Below are positions 47,747-58,270 of a stretch of 64,000 nucleotides of DNA, in pieces. Source of the DNA: Bacteroidales bacterium (lineage in GTDB: Bacteria; Bacteroidota; Bacteroidia; Bacteroidales; Azobacteroidaceae); contig JAVBNR010000006.1 of NCBI GenBank assembly GCA_031551395.1, positions 25,554-89,553 of the forward strand. The letters run 5' to 3'. Position 1 is the first letter of the stretch. Each line of letters begins with the position of its first letter. Below the pieces are notes generated by a model that saw only the letters and a program-made list of their open reading frames with translations, was not told the origin of the DNA and searched no databases. A program made the translations under genes and the position numbers.

Positions 47747-50650
47747 ATGGCTGTAACACCTTCCTCCGAATCGTTTCTAAGTCTTGTTGCCCGGGATCTG
47801 ATATCCCGGTTCGGACAAGACCTGGCGGGTGTTGCTGTTATTTTCCCGAGTCGTCGGGCTCGCTTGTTTTTCAATAACATATTATATCAACAAGCTCAAA
47901 AGCCGGTCTGGGCACCTTCATACTATTCTGTCGAGGAGCTTTTTCAACAAATGACAACGCTGCATCCTGCCGATCCGATCAAGTTGGTTTGTGAATTGTA
48001 TAAGGCTTATCTTGAGGTCTATAACTCCAAATCCGATCAGCCGTCTTCGGAGACATTAGACGAGTTCTACTCTTTTGGAGAGACTTTGTTGAATGATTTT
48101 GACGATATTGACAAGCACCTTGTCAATGCTCGCTCGTTATTCAGTAATTTACAGGATCTGGATTTGTTAAAAGATGATTTTCTGCATTTGAGTTCGACTC
48201 AACAAGAGGCCTTGTCTCATTATTTCCGGCAGACTTTTCAGGGAGATTCGTCTCTCCAGGCTGCATTTTGGTCTATTTGGTCTATGCTGGGAGAGGTTTA
48301 TCAGTTGTACAGATCCAATCTGGAAAAAGAGCAAATCGCGTATCCGGGTATGTTGATGCGCCGAGCTCTTGAAGAGAACGACCATCAGTTTCGTGAGGAT
48401 CATTATGTTTTTGTGGGTTTCAATGTGCTGAATAAGTGTGAGGAACAACTGTTCCGAAGGATGAAAGACAAAGCGTTGTTCTATTGGGATACAGATTCTT
48501 ATTATCTTGATAAAGAGAATAATGAGATGAATGAAGCCGGGACATTTCTAGCTGAAAATATCCGGAAATTGGGGTCTGCGATCGATTGGAAGGGTTCTGA
48601 ATATTTCCTTTCATCAGAAAAAGAAATTACCATTATAGCATCGCCTTCTGAAAACGGACAATCGGCGGCAATTCCAGGCTGGATCGATTCGTTGAATTGC
48701 TCCAGGACTTTTTCGGATCCTGATTCTGCTATTGTCCTTTGCAATGAGCAAATCCTGCCGACAGTGATGCACAGTATTTCTCCCGACAAGGTGGCCAATG
48801 TGAATATCACAATGGGATTCCCGATTACTCAAACTCCTGTTTCGAGTTTTATTCAGGTGTTGGGAGACTTACAGTTGAAGGGTTCTTCCGGTTCGGGGAG
48901 TACATTCATGTATAAATATGTTCTTCCGGTCTTGAGGCATCCCTATACACAAATGGTTTTCCCGGAAGCCAAAGCGGTTGAAATTAAACTGGTACAAGGA
49001 AATATCTTCTTCCCTTCGCAGGACGAATTAATAGATCGGGAGCTCTTTGGAAAAACAAAAACGGCTTCGGAATTAGCGAATTACCTGCTTTCTGCAGTCC
49101 AGCGTGTGGGGCATGCATTAGGCCGGAATACAGCAGAAAGCGATATCTATGGAGGCCTTTACCAGGAGTCTGTTTTTCGTTCATATCAGATTATCAATCG
49201 TTTATACGGCCTATTGTTGTCGGGAGAACTGCAAATAGAAAAAACGACTTTTCTTCGTTTATTAAAGAAGTTACTTGCTACGACTCCAATACCTTTTCAT
49301 GGAGAGCCTGTGAAAGGATTACAGGTAATGGGAGTCCTGGAAACCCGTGTGCTGGATTTCAAAAATCTGATTTTGTTAAGTGTCAATGAGGGTTTTATGC
49401 CGGGAAGCTCGAACGATAATACGTTCATTCCCCAGTTCCTCCGGAAACACTTTGGTTTAAGCACATTGGAACATCAGGATTCTGTTTATGCCTATTATTT
49501 TTATCGCCTGCTCCAACGAACAGAAAAAGTCACATTAGTTTATAACACGGATAAAACACAGACCGGTAAAGCCGAAATGAGCCGTTTTATTTTGCAATTG
49601 TTGATGGATCCCCGATTGAATATCAGGCGTTTTTCCATACAATCTTCGATCAAACCGATTCAGACGGAACCGATCGAGATAATCAAAGACAAGTTGCTGA
49701 TGGAGAAGATCCGGCAGAAATATGATGGGTCTGTGAATCCGGAAGCCCGCGCTTTGTCTCCTTCCGCATTGAACGTATTGATTGATTGCTCGCTTTGTTT
49801 TTATTATCAGTATATTGAAGAACTGAAATCAAAGGAAGAGTTGAGCGATGAGTTGGATAGTGCGGTTTTTGGAACTATTTTTCATAAGGCGGCGGAATTA
49901 TTGTACCGCCGGATAGGGAATATCGATGAGCAATCGAAAAATTTCAGCCCGTTCCTTGTGCAAAAAGAGCAATTGGAATTTTTTACAGAAAATCTTTATT
50001 TACTTGACAAATTGATCAATCAGGCATTTTCTGAAATTTATTTCAAAGGCCGGCGGATGGAATTAAAACAATACAATGGAGAGCAGCTGATTAATTTCAG
50101 GGTTGTTCGTCATTTACTTCTCCGTTTGATCGAGCTGGATAAAAAACGGGCACCTTTTTATATCCATGGTTTGGAACATAAGGTTTATGGAGTTTTCAAT
50201 TTGAAAAGACATGGAGTTTCTCTCAAGGTCGGAGGTATTATCGACCGTTTGGAAGAAAAAGACGGTTCTTTGTTGATCGTCGATTATAAGACAAGTGGTA
50301 CGGCTAAACCGTATAAATCCATGGAAGACCTTGTTATTCCCAAAGAATTACGGGCTTCTCATGTTTTTCAGACATTCACGTATGCTTCTGTTTTAGCTCA
50401 AAATGAAAAATACCGGCAGCCGATTGTGCCTGCGTTGCTTTATCTGCAGGAAGCAGGTAAAGACCATTATTCTCCGGTCATTCCTTATGAAAAAGAGCCT
50501 ATTATGGATTTTCGGAACTTAAAAGAATCCTTTGAAGAGGTGTTTGTGCAAAAAATAGCTGAATTGTTTGATTCTGAAATTCCATTCTGTCAAACCACTG
50601 TTGTATCCAAATGCAGCTATTGTGATTTTAAAAATCTGTGCAACAGGTAA
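47747..50650 (+). CDS. AddB/RexB-like PD-(D/E)XK nuclease family protein
   Basis: Degenerate helicase-like N-part (VIFPSRRA, GLQVMGVLETR); C-terminal LSPSAL..C, GTIFH, GIIDRLE..DYKT and Fe-S-type C.YC. Confidence 0.85.
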   Translation: MAVTPSSESFLSLVARDLISRFGQDLAGVAVIFPSRRARLFFNNILYQQAQKPVWAPSYYSVEELFQQMTTLHPADPIKLVCELYKAYLEVYNSKSDQPSSETLDEFYSFGETLLNDFDDIDKHLVNARSLFSNLQDLDLLKDDFLHLSSTQQEALSHYFRQTFQGDSSLQAAFWSIWSMLGEVYQLYRSNLEKEQIAYPGMLMRRALEENDHQFREDHYVFVGFNVLNKCEEQLFRRMKDKALFYWDTDSYYLDKENNEMNEAGTFLAENIRKLGSAIDWKGSEYFLSSEKEITIIASPSENGQSAAIPGWIDSLNCSRTFSDPDSAIVLCNEQILPTVMHSISPDKVANVNITMGFPITQTPVSSFIQVLGDLQLKGSSGSGSTFMYKYVLPVLRHPYTQMVFPEAKAVEIKLVQGNIFFPSQDELIDRELFGKTKTASELANYLLSAVQRVGHALGRNTAESDIYGGLYQESVFRSYQIINRLYGLLLSGELQIEKTTFLRLLKKLLATTPIPFHGEPVKGLQVMGVLETRVLDFKNLILLSVNEGFMPGSSNDNTFIPQFLRKHFGLSTLEHQDSVYAYYFYRLLQRTEKVTLVYNTDKTQTGKAEMSRFILQLLMDPRLNIRRFSIQSSIKPIQTEPIEIIKDKLLMEKIRQKYDGSVNPEARALSPSALNVLIDCSLCFYYQYIEELKSKEELSDELDSAVFGTIFHKAAELLYRRIGNIDEQSKNFSPFLVQKEQLEFFTENLYLLDKLINQAFSEIYFKGRRMELKQYNGEQLINFRVVRHLLLRLIELDKKRAPFYIHGLEHKVYGVFNLKRHGVSLKVGGIIDRLEEKDGSLLIVDYKTSGTAKPYKSMEDLVIPKELRASHVFQTFTYASVLAQNEKYRQPIVPALLYLQEAGKDHYSPVIPYEKEPIMDFRNLKESFEEVFVQKIAELFDSEIPFCQTTVVSKCSYCDFKNLCNR

Positions 50651-50709
50651 ATTCTGAATTTTTTATAGTATTTTAGTGATTTTAAATTTATTCTAATACA
50701 AATAATATC

Positions 50710-51969
50710 ATGGGAACTAACAGAAGAGATTTTCTCAAAGCGCTAGGAGGAATCGCTGCTTTTTCGATTGTGCCGAGAAGTGTTTTGGGTGGAAATGGAT
50801 TTATTGCACCAAGTGATCAACTGACAAAGGGGATTATCGGAACCGGAAACATGGGACGAGGGCATCTGAATTATGCCGGAACGCGATTAGTCGCTGTCTG
50901 TGATGTAGACAAAAAGCATCTGGAGTTGGGACAAAACCTGGTCAAAGAAAAAATTGCCGCCTATCATGATTTCCGTGATTTGATCCTGGATCCGAATGTG
51001 GATATTGTACACATTGCAACTCCGCCGCATTGGCATGGAATCATGTCGGTAGAAGCTGCCAAAGCAGGAAAAGATATCTGGTGCGAAAAACCGATGACCC
51101 GGACCATTGGAGAAGGAAAGAGGGTTATGGAAGCGATGCAGCAATACGGGCAAATGTTCCGGTTGAATACCTGGTTTCGCTTCAAAGATCCGTTTTATGG
51201 TTTGGGAACTCCGGTAAAACCGCTGAAAAAGCTGATCCAAAGCGGGATGCTCGGATGGCCGTTGAAAGTAACGATTAGTAAGCATACCGGTTTTGATTGG
51301 AAATTTTATTGGGTTGGAAAGGAATACCTCGAGCCGGAATCAGTACCGGCTGAATTGGATTATGATATGTGGTTAGGGCCAGCTCCATATCGTCCGTATA
51401 ACAAACATCGGACGCATGGAACATTCCGTGGTTATTGGGATTATGATGGCGGCGGTTTGGGAGACATGGGACAACATTACATTGATCCGGTACAATATAT
51501 GCTTGGGAAAGACCATACCAGTCCGGTAAAAGTCGAAGTCGATGCGCCTCAGCAGCATCCGGATGCCGTGGGTACCTGGCGCTCGATTACCTATACCTAT
51601 GAAGATGGTTGTCAGATTGTTCTCTGGGGTGGAGACTACGGAAATCCGGATACACCTTACATCGCAGGTCCGAATGGTAATGTATATAAAAACTTTGTTT
51701 GTGATATTCCTGATTGGGAAAAGAAATTAGCTGATTATCCGGAACCGGAACCTCAGATAACTGATTTTCTTGAAAGTATTCGTACGCGTCAACCGTTTGC
51801 ATTGAACGAACGCAATGGTTTCCGTTCTGCTACGATCGTGAATATGGGAGCTGTCGCTCTGCGGCTGAACCGTACGCTGCATTTTGATCCGGTAAAGCTT
51901 GAATTTATTAACGATGAGGCGGCTAACCGATTAATTAATCAGCCGATGCGTGCTCCATGGAATATATGA
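50710..51969 (+). CDS. Tat-exported Gfo/Idh/MocA NAD-dependent oxidoreductase
   Basis: RRDFLK, GIIGTGNMG, ATPPHWH, WCEKP, DMGQH. Confidence 0.9.
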   Translation: MGTNRRDFLKALGGIAAFSIVPRSVLGGNGFIAPSDQLTKGIIGTGNMGRGHLNYAGTRLVAVCDVDKKHLELGQNLVKEKIAAYHDFRDLILDPNVDIVHIATPPHWHGIMSVEAAKAGKDIWCEKPMTRTIGEGKRVMEAMQQYGQMFRLNTWFRFKDPFYGLGTPVKPLKKLIQSGMLGWPLKVTISKHTGFDWKFYWVGKEYLEPESVPAELDYDMWLGPAPYRPYNKHRTHGTFRGYWDYDGGGLGDMGQHYIDPVQYMLGKDHTSPVKVEVDAPQQHPDAVGTWRSITYTYEDGCQIVLWGGDYGNPDTPYIAGPNGNVYKNFVCDIPDWEKKLADYPEPEPQITDFLESIRTRQPFALNERNGFRSATIVNMGAVALRLNRTLHFDPVKLEFINDEAANRLINQPMRAPWNI

Positions 51970-52003
51970 TAATTGATAATTGAAATTAAATAAACAAAGA
52001 AAT

Positions 52004-55000
52004 ATGATGAGAAAAGGATATATACTGCTGGTTGGAATTTTGTTTTTGGGGCATATGCTGATGGCTCAATCCCCCGAAAACAGGACGGCTAAAACAATAG
52101 CTGCCGATGTGCTGGCACAGATGCCGGCAAACAAACAGGCAACATATAATAAACTGATTGCAGAATTGGCTTCTACCGGGGAAGAGGGCGTTATTTATTT
52201 GGTCAATACGATGAATGCCCCCGGAAAAGGAACAAATGCTCCTACTGATTATGCCTTGAGCGGATTGGCTAATTATGTGTCGGCCCAAGGACAGGAAAAT
52301 GCCCGCATACTCGTTGCCGGCGCTTATGCAAAAGCATTGGACATGGTAACAGAAAGAGAGATTAAGGCTTTTATTATCAGGGAACTTCAAATTTGTGGTC
52401 GGGATGAATGCGTCGAGGCTTTAAGTCGTTATTTGACACAAGAAGGACTTAGCGGCCCTGCCGCTCGTGCGTTGGCCAATATCAATACGGAAAAAGCAAA
52501 ACAAGCTTTACAAACAGCTCTGTTAAGTCGTAAAGGAACAGATGAAACGCAACAAGATCTATTGTTGGCTGTTGGAGAGGCTAAAATGAACCTGAATGAA
52601 GGCCTGATTTTAGGAATGCTCGGAAATGAAAATGAAAACATGCAAAAGGTTGTTCTTTATGCAATTAGTCGTATCGGAACAGAGAAATCGCTGGATGCGG
52701 TTGAAAAAGCCGCTGCTACTGTTGGATATCAGATGGATAAAACCGGGGTTAATGAAGCTTATATCGCTTTGATTAAAAAGGTCGCTTCAGACGGGAATGA
52801 CCATCTGGCAAGGAAATATGCCGATAATTTATTGAACGCAGCGACACAGGCAGGGCAGACGTATACACGTGTTGCAGCATTGGAAATCTTGTTTTCACTC
52901 AATGCGAATCAGGTACAGTTGTTACTGACTTCACTCCAAGATCAGAATAAAGAATTCCGGAATGCAGCATTGAATTTTGCTTCCGGTTACTCCAATCAAG
53001 AGATGTATGCAGAGGTTTTGAAATTACTCCCTAAAGCAGCACCAGGTACGAAAGTAGATATTCTTCATTGGATGGGAAGAGAGAGTAAGCGTCCGGATAA
53101 AAGCGGGATAATAAAAGGCTTGATGGCTCCATCTGATTTTTCATGTAAGAAAATCATCCTTGCTCAGTTGAAAGATCCTGATAGGGAAGTAAAACAGGCT
53201 GCGGCATTGGCCCTTGTGAAAATTGGAGATGTAAGTACAATCCCGGCATTGACCGGATTATTGGAAAATAAAGATTCTCTGGTCGTGAAAATAGGGCAAA
53301 ATGCACTTGAAGCTTTCCATGGCGATATCATTCCATCCCTTGTGAAAACAATATCCAAATCCAAAGATGCCGGAAAAATAGCCGTACTACAACTTCTCGC
53401 ACTGAGAAAAGCCGATGCGACACTGAATATAGTGTTAAATCAAATCAAATCAGGCTCTCCTGCAGTAAAAACAGCAGCTTATAAAGCGCTGAAAGAGGTT
53501 GTTGCCGAAAAAGATTTCTCATTGCTTTGCGGTATGCTTGAAAGTGCGGAGGGAGAGGCCATAGCTCCTCTTCAACAGGCGGTTATTGCATCTATTTCTT
53601 CTCAGTCTGCTGAAAATCAAGTCGTTAATATTAGTAAAAGAATGACTCAGTCGGCTGAAAATAAAAAACACCTTTATTATATTGTGTTGTCTGCTACGGG
53701 AGACCAATCCGTATTACCTGTGATTGTCTCCGGATTTAAGAATGGAACAGGGGCGGCAAAAGATGCTGCTTTTGATGCCATTTATAACTGGGATGGAAAT
53801 GAAGCTGCCGATGAGTTATATACCATATGCACGGATCCTTTGAGTGCTGCCTATTTTGATAAGGCTTTAACAGCCTATGTTCGTTTGGTTTCTCTTCCTT
53901 CACTCACTCCGGAGAACCGTTTTATATTCCTGAGAAAAGCGATGGAAATTGCCAAAAACGATAATCAAAAAAATAATATCCTTCGTCGGATCGGACAGAC
54001 TAAAACATTCCAGGCGATGATTTATGCCGGTCGTTTTTTGGATGATAAACCTGTTCAGCAGACGACGGCGAATGCGGTTATGAATATTTCTGCCAGCCAT
54101 CCGGAGTATACCGGAAAAATCGTTCGTGATTTACTGGAAAAAGTGATTCTGGTATTGGATAATCCGGATGCCGGCTACCAAAGAGAAGCCATTCGTAAGC
54201 AATTGAATGAGATGCCTAAAGATGAAGGTTTTGTTTCTATGTTTAATGGTAAAGACCTCGATGGATGGAAAGGTTTAGTGGAGAATCCGATGAAGCGAGC
54301 TAAAATGACTCCGGAAGAGTTGGCTAAAGCTCAGGAAAAAGCAGATAAACAGATGCGTCAGGATTGGAAAGTTGAAAAAGGATGCCTGGTGTTCGATGGA
54401 ACCGGATATAACAATCTTTGTACCACCAAACAATATGGCGACTTTGAAATGTATGTCGATTGGTTGCTTGATCCTTCCGGAAAAGAAGCCGATGCCGGTG
54501 TTTATCTCCGGGGAACTCCTCAGGTTCAGATCTGGGACACGGCTCGTGTGAAAGTAGGCGCTCAGGTAGGATCCGGCGGTTTGTATAACAATAAGGTACA
54601 CCCGAGCAAACCTTCTAAAGTGGCAGACAATAAGTTAGGCGAGTGGAATTCCATGTATATCAAGATGATCGGAGACCGGGTTACAGTTATTCTTAACGGA
54701 GACACCGTGGTCAAAGAGGTAATCCTTGAAAATTACTGGGATCGTAATCAACCCATTTTCCCGGTCGAACAAATTGAATTACAGGCTCATGGAAGTAAGG
54801 TGTATTATAGGGACTTATATATTAAAGAATTATCCGGAAAAGAACCTTTCAAGCTTTCTGCTGAAGAAGAAAAAGAAGGATTTAAAGTGTTATTCGATGG
54901 AACGAATATGCATGAATGGACAGGTAATCTGGTCGATTATACTTTGCAAGACGGAACGATTTCATTGATTCCCAGTCGTAGTTTCGGAGGTAATTTATAC

Positions 55001-55453
55001 ACCAAAAAAGAATACAGCAACTTTGTCTTTCGTTTTGAATTTCAATTGACCCCTGCCGCCAATAATGGTTTGGGCATTCGTACCCCTATGGAAGGAGATG
55101 CAGCATACGTTGGGATGGAATTGCAGATTCTGGATAATGAACATCCTGTGTATAAAAATTTGCAAAAATACCAGTATCACGGATCTGTTTACGGTGTGAT
55201 TCCTGCCAAACGAGGGTTTCTGAAGCCGACAGGAGAATGGAATTATGAAGAAGTTATTGCCGATGGGGATCATATCCAGGTTATTCTGAACGGCGAAGTG
55301 ATTCTCGACGGAAATATCAGGGATGCCGCAAAAAATGGGACAACAGATGGAAAGGAGCATCCGGGATTGTTTAATAAAACAGGGCATATCGGCTTTTTGG
55401 GACATGGTTCTCCTGTCAAATTCCGGAATATCCGTATCAAAGAACTGAAATGA
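52004..55453 (+). CDS. HEAT-repeat protein with two C-terminal DUF1080 (3-keto-disaccharide hydrolase/lyase) domains
   Basis: Start moved to ATG 52004; signal peptide; ~740 aa helical repeats (AARALANI, AALALVKIG); two domains starting MFNGKDLDGW and LFDGTNMHEW, ending IELQAHG and GFLGHG..V.FRNI. Confidence 0.85.
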   Translation: MMRKGYILLVGILFLGHMLMAQSPENRTAKTIAADVLAQMPANKQATYNKLIAELASTGEEGVIYLVNTMNAPGKGTNAPTDYALSGLANYVSAQGQENARILVAGAYAKALDMVTEREIKAFIIRELQICGRDECVEALSRYLTQEGLSGPAARALANINTEKAKQALQTALLSRKGTDETQQDLLLAVGEAKMNLNEGLILGMLGNENENMQKVVLYAISRIGTEKSLDAVEKAAATVGYQMDKTGVNEAYIALIKKVASDGNDHLARKYADNLLNAATQAGQTYTRVAALEILFSLNANQVQLLLTSLQDQNKEFRNAALNFASGYSNQEMYAEVLKLLPKAAPGTKVDILHWMGRESKRPDKSGIIKGLMAPSDFSCKKIILAQLKDPDREVKQAAALALVKIGDVSTIPALTGLLENKDSLVVKIGQNALEAFHGDIIPSLVKTISKSKDAGKIAVLQLLALRKADATLNIVLNQIKSGSPAVKTAAYKALKEVVAEKDFSLLCGMLESAEGEAIAPLQQAVIASISSQSAENQVVNISKRMTQSAENKKHLYYIVLSATGDQSVLPVIVSGFKNGTGAAKDAAFDAIYNWDGNEAADELYTICTDPLSAAYFDKALTAYVRLVSLPSLTPENRFIFLRKAMEIAKNDNQKNNILRRIGQTKTFQAMIYAGRFLDDKPVQQTTANAVMNISASHPEYTGKIVRDLLEKVILVLDNPDAGYQREAIRKQLNEMPKDEGFVSMFNGKDLDGWKGLVENPMKRAKMTPEELAKAQEKADKQMRQDWKVEKGCLVFDGTGYNNLCTTKQYGDFEMYVDWLLDPSGKEADAGVYLRGTPQVQIWDTARVKVGAQVGSGGLYNNKVHPSKPSKVADNKLGEWNSMYIKMIGDRVTVILNGDTVVKEVILENYWDRNQPIFPVEQIELQAHGSKVYYRDLYIKELSGKEPFKLSAEEEKEGFKVLFDGTNMHEWTGNLVDYTLQDGTISLIPSRSFGGNLYTKKEYSNFVFRFEFQLTPAANNGLGIRTPMEGDAAYVGMELQILDNEHPVYKNLQKYQYHGSVYGVIPAKRGFLKPTGEWNYEEVIADGDHIQVILNGEVILDGNIRDAAKNGTTDGKEHPGLFNKTGHIGFLGHGSPVKFRNIRIKELK

Positions 55454-55468
55454 GAATTGATTTTTTAT

Positions 55469-55499
55469 TTTACCCTCATTGGTGAACAATGAGGGTAAA
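55469..55499. terminator. Hairpin between convergent genes
   Basis: 13-bp arms TTTACCCTCATTG / CAATGAGGGTAAA, 5-nt loop; T-tract weak in both directions. Confidence 0.5.
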
Positions 55500-55508
55500 T
55501 GTCTGAAA

Positions 55509-56642
55509 TTAACCGGTAACCGCTTCTAAAATTTTAATTCTCTTCATGAGCCAGATAATAATTGCAGAAACAATAAAGGAAAAAATGGCAATGATCGGGA
55601 TTTGAAGATAAGCCGGCAGATGGATGTTGGGATACACCAGATCGTATCCGGCTTGAACGATCACGAAATGACAGAGATAGATGCCGAAAGTAAGGGCGGC
55701 TGTTTTGTTTAATAATGGAGAGGGGGTTATCTTGATTTTCTGCACGATTATAAAAATAGCGAAAGTCATTAGAAACACATTTATCCCTGAAAAATACCAA
55801 ACAATTTCGAGGGCGGCATAGTTCGCCGGATCATGTTTTTGTGTCAGGATAAAACCCAATAGAGTTATGGCATATCCGACAAAGAATAATATGCAGGCAA
55901 TTCCGAGTGTCTTTTTGAAACTCCACTGAAGCGGAAACCGGATGAAGTAGTGTGCTAGCACGAGATATCCCAGAAATCCGGAAAAATAATAAAATGTACC
56001 GTAAGGATTCCATGTGCATATTCCTAAAATGCCCATGTCTCCATAATTGCCTGTGTATCCTAATAATGGAGCAGTCATTTGGATATACGGTAAACAAAGC
56101 GAAACACCCCAAATCCAAAGAAATCGTTTGATGTCCTGTTTGGATGCTTGTACTAACCATACCCCTATGATCGGAATGAAAAGGTATATTCCGATCAACA
56201 TATAAAGATACCAGAAAGGGGTCGTATCATAATTGAAATTAAAGATAAATGTCAGTATTTTATTCAAAGAAGCATTGAATGTGTGATTTTCAGGCGCATA
56301 ATTCGGACTGGTTGTTTGTGCGACGGAAAAGTACAGGTAAAAGAGTACGGGTAAGACAATCGACCAGAATATAAGAGGGATTATGATTCTTTTCATCCGG
56401 CGGGAGTAAAAACTTTTCATATCCGTTCTTATTGGAAGCAATAAAACTCCGGAGATCATGACAAATAGAGGAACACATGGGCGCACAAGACTTCCCCAGC
56501 AAGCGCCGGAAAGAAATTCACTGCGGTTGTTATCAAATTGGGCTACGAAAAAGTCACAACTATGGGAAATCAGGACTAAGAAACAGGCGATAATTCGGAG
56601 CAGATCTACCCAGGCAATATGCGTTTTCTGGTATCTATCCAT
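55509..56642 (-). CDS. Acyltransferase family 3 (membrane O-acyltransferase)
   Basis: DLLRIIA..V..H, VPLFVMISG, WYLY, FGIYLCH; about 10 TM. Confidence 0.88.
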   Translation of the reverse strand: MDRYQKTHIAWVDLLRIIACFLVLISHSCDFFVAQFDNNRSEFLSGACWGSLVRPCVPLFVMISGVLLLPIRTDMKSFYSRRMKRIIIPLIFWSIVLPVLFYLYFSVAQTTSPNYAPENHTFNASLNKILTFIFNFNYDTTPFWYLYMLIGIYLFIPIIGVWLVQASKQDIKRFLWIWGVSLCLPYIQMTAPLLGYTGNYGDMGILGICTWNPYGTFYYFSGFLGYLVLAHYFIRFPLQWSFKKTLGIACILFFVGYAITLLGFILTQKHDPANYAALEIVWYFSGINVFLMTFAIFIIVQKIKITPSPLLNKTAALTFGIYLCHFVIVQAGYDLVYPNIHLPAYLQIPIIAIFSFIVSAIIIWLMKRIKILEAVTG

Positions 56643-56668
56643 AAATATTAAGAAATTAAAACAAGTTG

Positions 56669-56697
56669 CAAAGGTATCAAAAAAAGTTCTAACTTTG
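56669..56697. promoter_or_regulatory. Divergent -7 boxes (acyltransferase on minus, engB operon on plus)
   Basis: TACCTTTG (minus, 56669-56676) and TAACTTTG (plus, 56690-56697). Confidence 0.6.
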
Positions 56698-56723
56698 TCT
56701 CCCGTTTTCTAATTAAAACAAAG

Positions 56724-57320
56724 ATGAACATTAAGACAGCAGAATTTGTGATGAGTAATACCGATGTCCTTCAATGTCCTCAGGATAGACGACTTGAATA
56801 CGCCTTCATCGGGAGATCAAACGTTGGCAAATCTTCATTGATCAATATGCTGACGAATAAGAAAGGGCTGGCAATGACATCTTCTACTCCCGGAAAAACA
56901 CAATTGATCAATCATTTTATAATCAATGACGAATGGTATTTGGTCGATTTGCCGGGTTACGGGTATGCTAAACGCGGGAAAAAAGGGCGTGAAAAAATTG
57001 AAGATATTATTCGTTCCTATATTGAAGACAGGGAACAGCTGACAAGTCTTTTCGTCTTGATTGATTGCCGGCATGAGGCTCAGAAAATTGATTTGGAATT
57101 TATGGAATACCTGGGCGAGAATGGAGTCCCGTTTTCAATTGTCTTCACGAAGACCGATAAAATTTCCAAATCTCGTTTGATGGAAAATACGGCAAAGTAT
57201 AAAACGAAGCTACAAGAGACATGGGAGGAGCTTCCTCCATTCTTTTTTACTTCTGCAGAAGATAAAAAAGGAAAAGAAGAACTTCTTGATTACATTGAAC
57301 AAATCAACAAATCATTATAA
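56724..57320 (+). CDS. engB: Ribosome biogenesis GTPase YihA/YsxC
   Basis: [23 protein letters not shown]. Confidence 0.96.
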   Translation: MNIKTAEFVMSNTDVLQCPQDRRLEYAFIGRSNVGKSSLINMLTNKKGLAMTSSTPGKTQLINHFIINDEWYLVDLPGYGYAKRGKKGREKIEDIIRSYIEDREQLTSLFVLIDCRHEAQKIDLEFMEYLGENGVPFSIVFTKTDKISKSRLMENTAKYKTKLQETWEELPPFFFTSAEDKKGKEELLDYIEQINKSL

Positions 57321-57324
57321 ACTG

Positions 57325-57798
57325 ATGGATAAACATGCTGAAAAGTTTATGCGTAAGGCGATCCGTTTGTCGGTAGAGAGTGTTGCCAAAGGGGGTGGCC
57401 CTTTTGGGGCTGTGATTGTAAAAGAGGGTAAAGAAATAGCTTCAGGAAGTAATCGGGTAACCATCGATAACGACCCGACGGCACATGCCGAAGTGACAGT
57501 GATACGTAAAGCGGCTAAAAAATTAAATGATTTTAACTTGTCGGGTTGTGAGATCTATGCTTCGTGCGAGCCTTGTCCGATGTGTCTTGCTGCTATTTAT
57601 TGGGCGCGGATAGACAAATTGTATTATGCCAATACCCCAAAAGATGCCCGAAACATAGGGTTTGATGATTCTTTTATCTATAAACAACTGGATTTGCCTG
57701 AAGAAAAACGGAAGATTCCGGTTGTTAGAATGTTGCGAAATGAAGCTCTGCTGGCGTTTGAAGCTTGGGAGAAAAATGAAAATAAAACAAAGTATTAA
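57325..57798 (+). CDS. Zn-dependent nucleoside/guanine deaminase
   Basis: Start moved to 57325; GPFGA, PTAHAE, SCEPCPMC. Confidence 0.9.
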   Translation: MDKHAEKFMRKAIRLSVESVAKGGGPFGAVIVKEGKEIASGSNRVTIDNDPTAHAEVTVIRKAAKKLNDFNLSGCEIYASCEPCPMCLAAIYWARIDKLYYANTPKDARNIGFDDSFIYKQLDLPEEKRKIPVVRMLRNEALLAFEAWEKNENKTKY

Positions 57799-57800
57799 AT

Positions 57801-58238
57801 ATGAACTGGTTTGAATGTAAAATATCTTACGAGAAACTAATGGAGAATGGGGTTCAGAAAAAAGTGACGGAACCTTATTTGGTCGATGCGTTATCTTTTA
57901 CCGAGGCAGAGGCGCGTATCCTGGAAGAAATGAAGCCTTATGTCAGTGGAGAACTGACGATTTCGGATATTAAACGGGCTCGTCTGTCCGAATTGTTTTT
58001 CAATGAAACCGGAGACCGTTATTATAAAGCCAAAGTTCAGTTTATTACTTTGGATGAAAAAAGCGGTGCGGAGAAAAAGACTTCGGTACAAATGTTGGCT
58101 CAAGCTTCGGACCTCAAAGAAGCGATTGCTGTGATTGAAGCGGGAATGAAAGGAACGATGGCCGATTATGTCATTGCATCTGTTTCGGAGACAATGATTA
58201 TGGATGTGTTTCCGTTTGCTGCTGAAAAAGAAAACTAA
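57801..58238 (+). CDS. DUF4494 family protein
   Basis: WFECKI.YEK, YLVDALSFTEAE, YYKAK, ET.IMDVF. Confidence 0.85.
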   Translation: MNWFECKISYEKLMENGVQKKVTEPYLVDALSFTEAEARILEEMKPYVSGELTISDIKRARLSELFFNETGDRYYKAKVQFITLDEKSGAEKKTSVQMLAQASDLKEAIAVIEAGMKGTMADYVIASVSETMIMDVFPFAAEKEN

Positions 58239-58270
58239 TCGTCTTACTGTTCGTCGTTTTCATAAATAAA

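Noticed and set aside
47747-50650. PD-(D/E)XK protein as an anti-phage or Cas4-type nuclease
   Set aside because: Its size and degenerate helicase N-part fit AddB/RexB; there is no cas gene, CRISPR repeat or methyltransferase in the window
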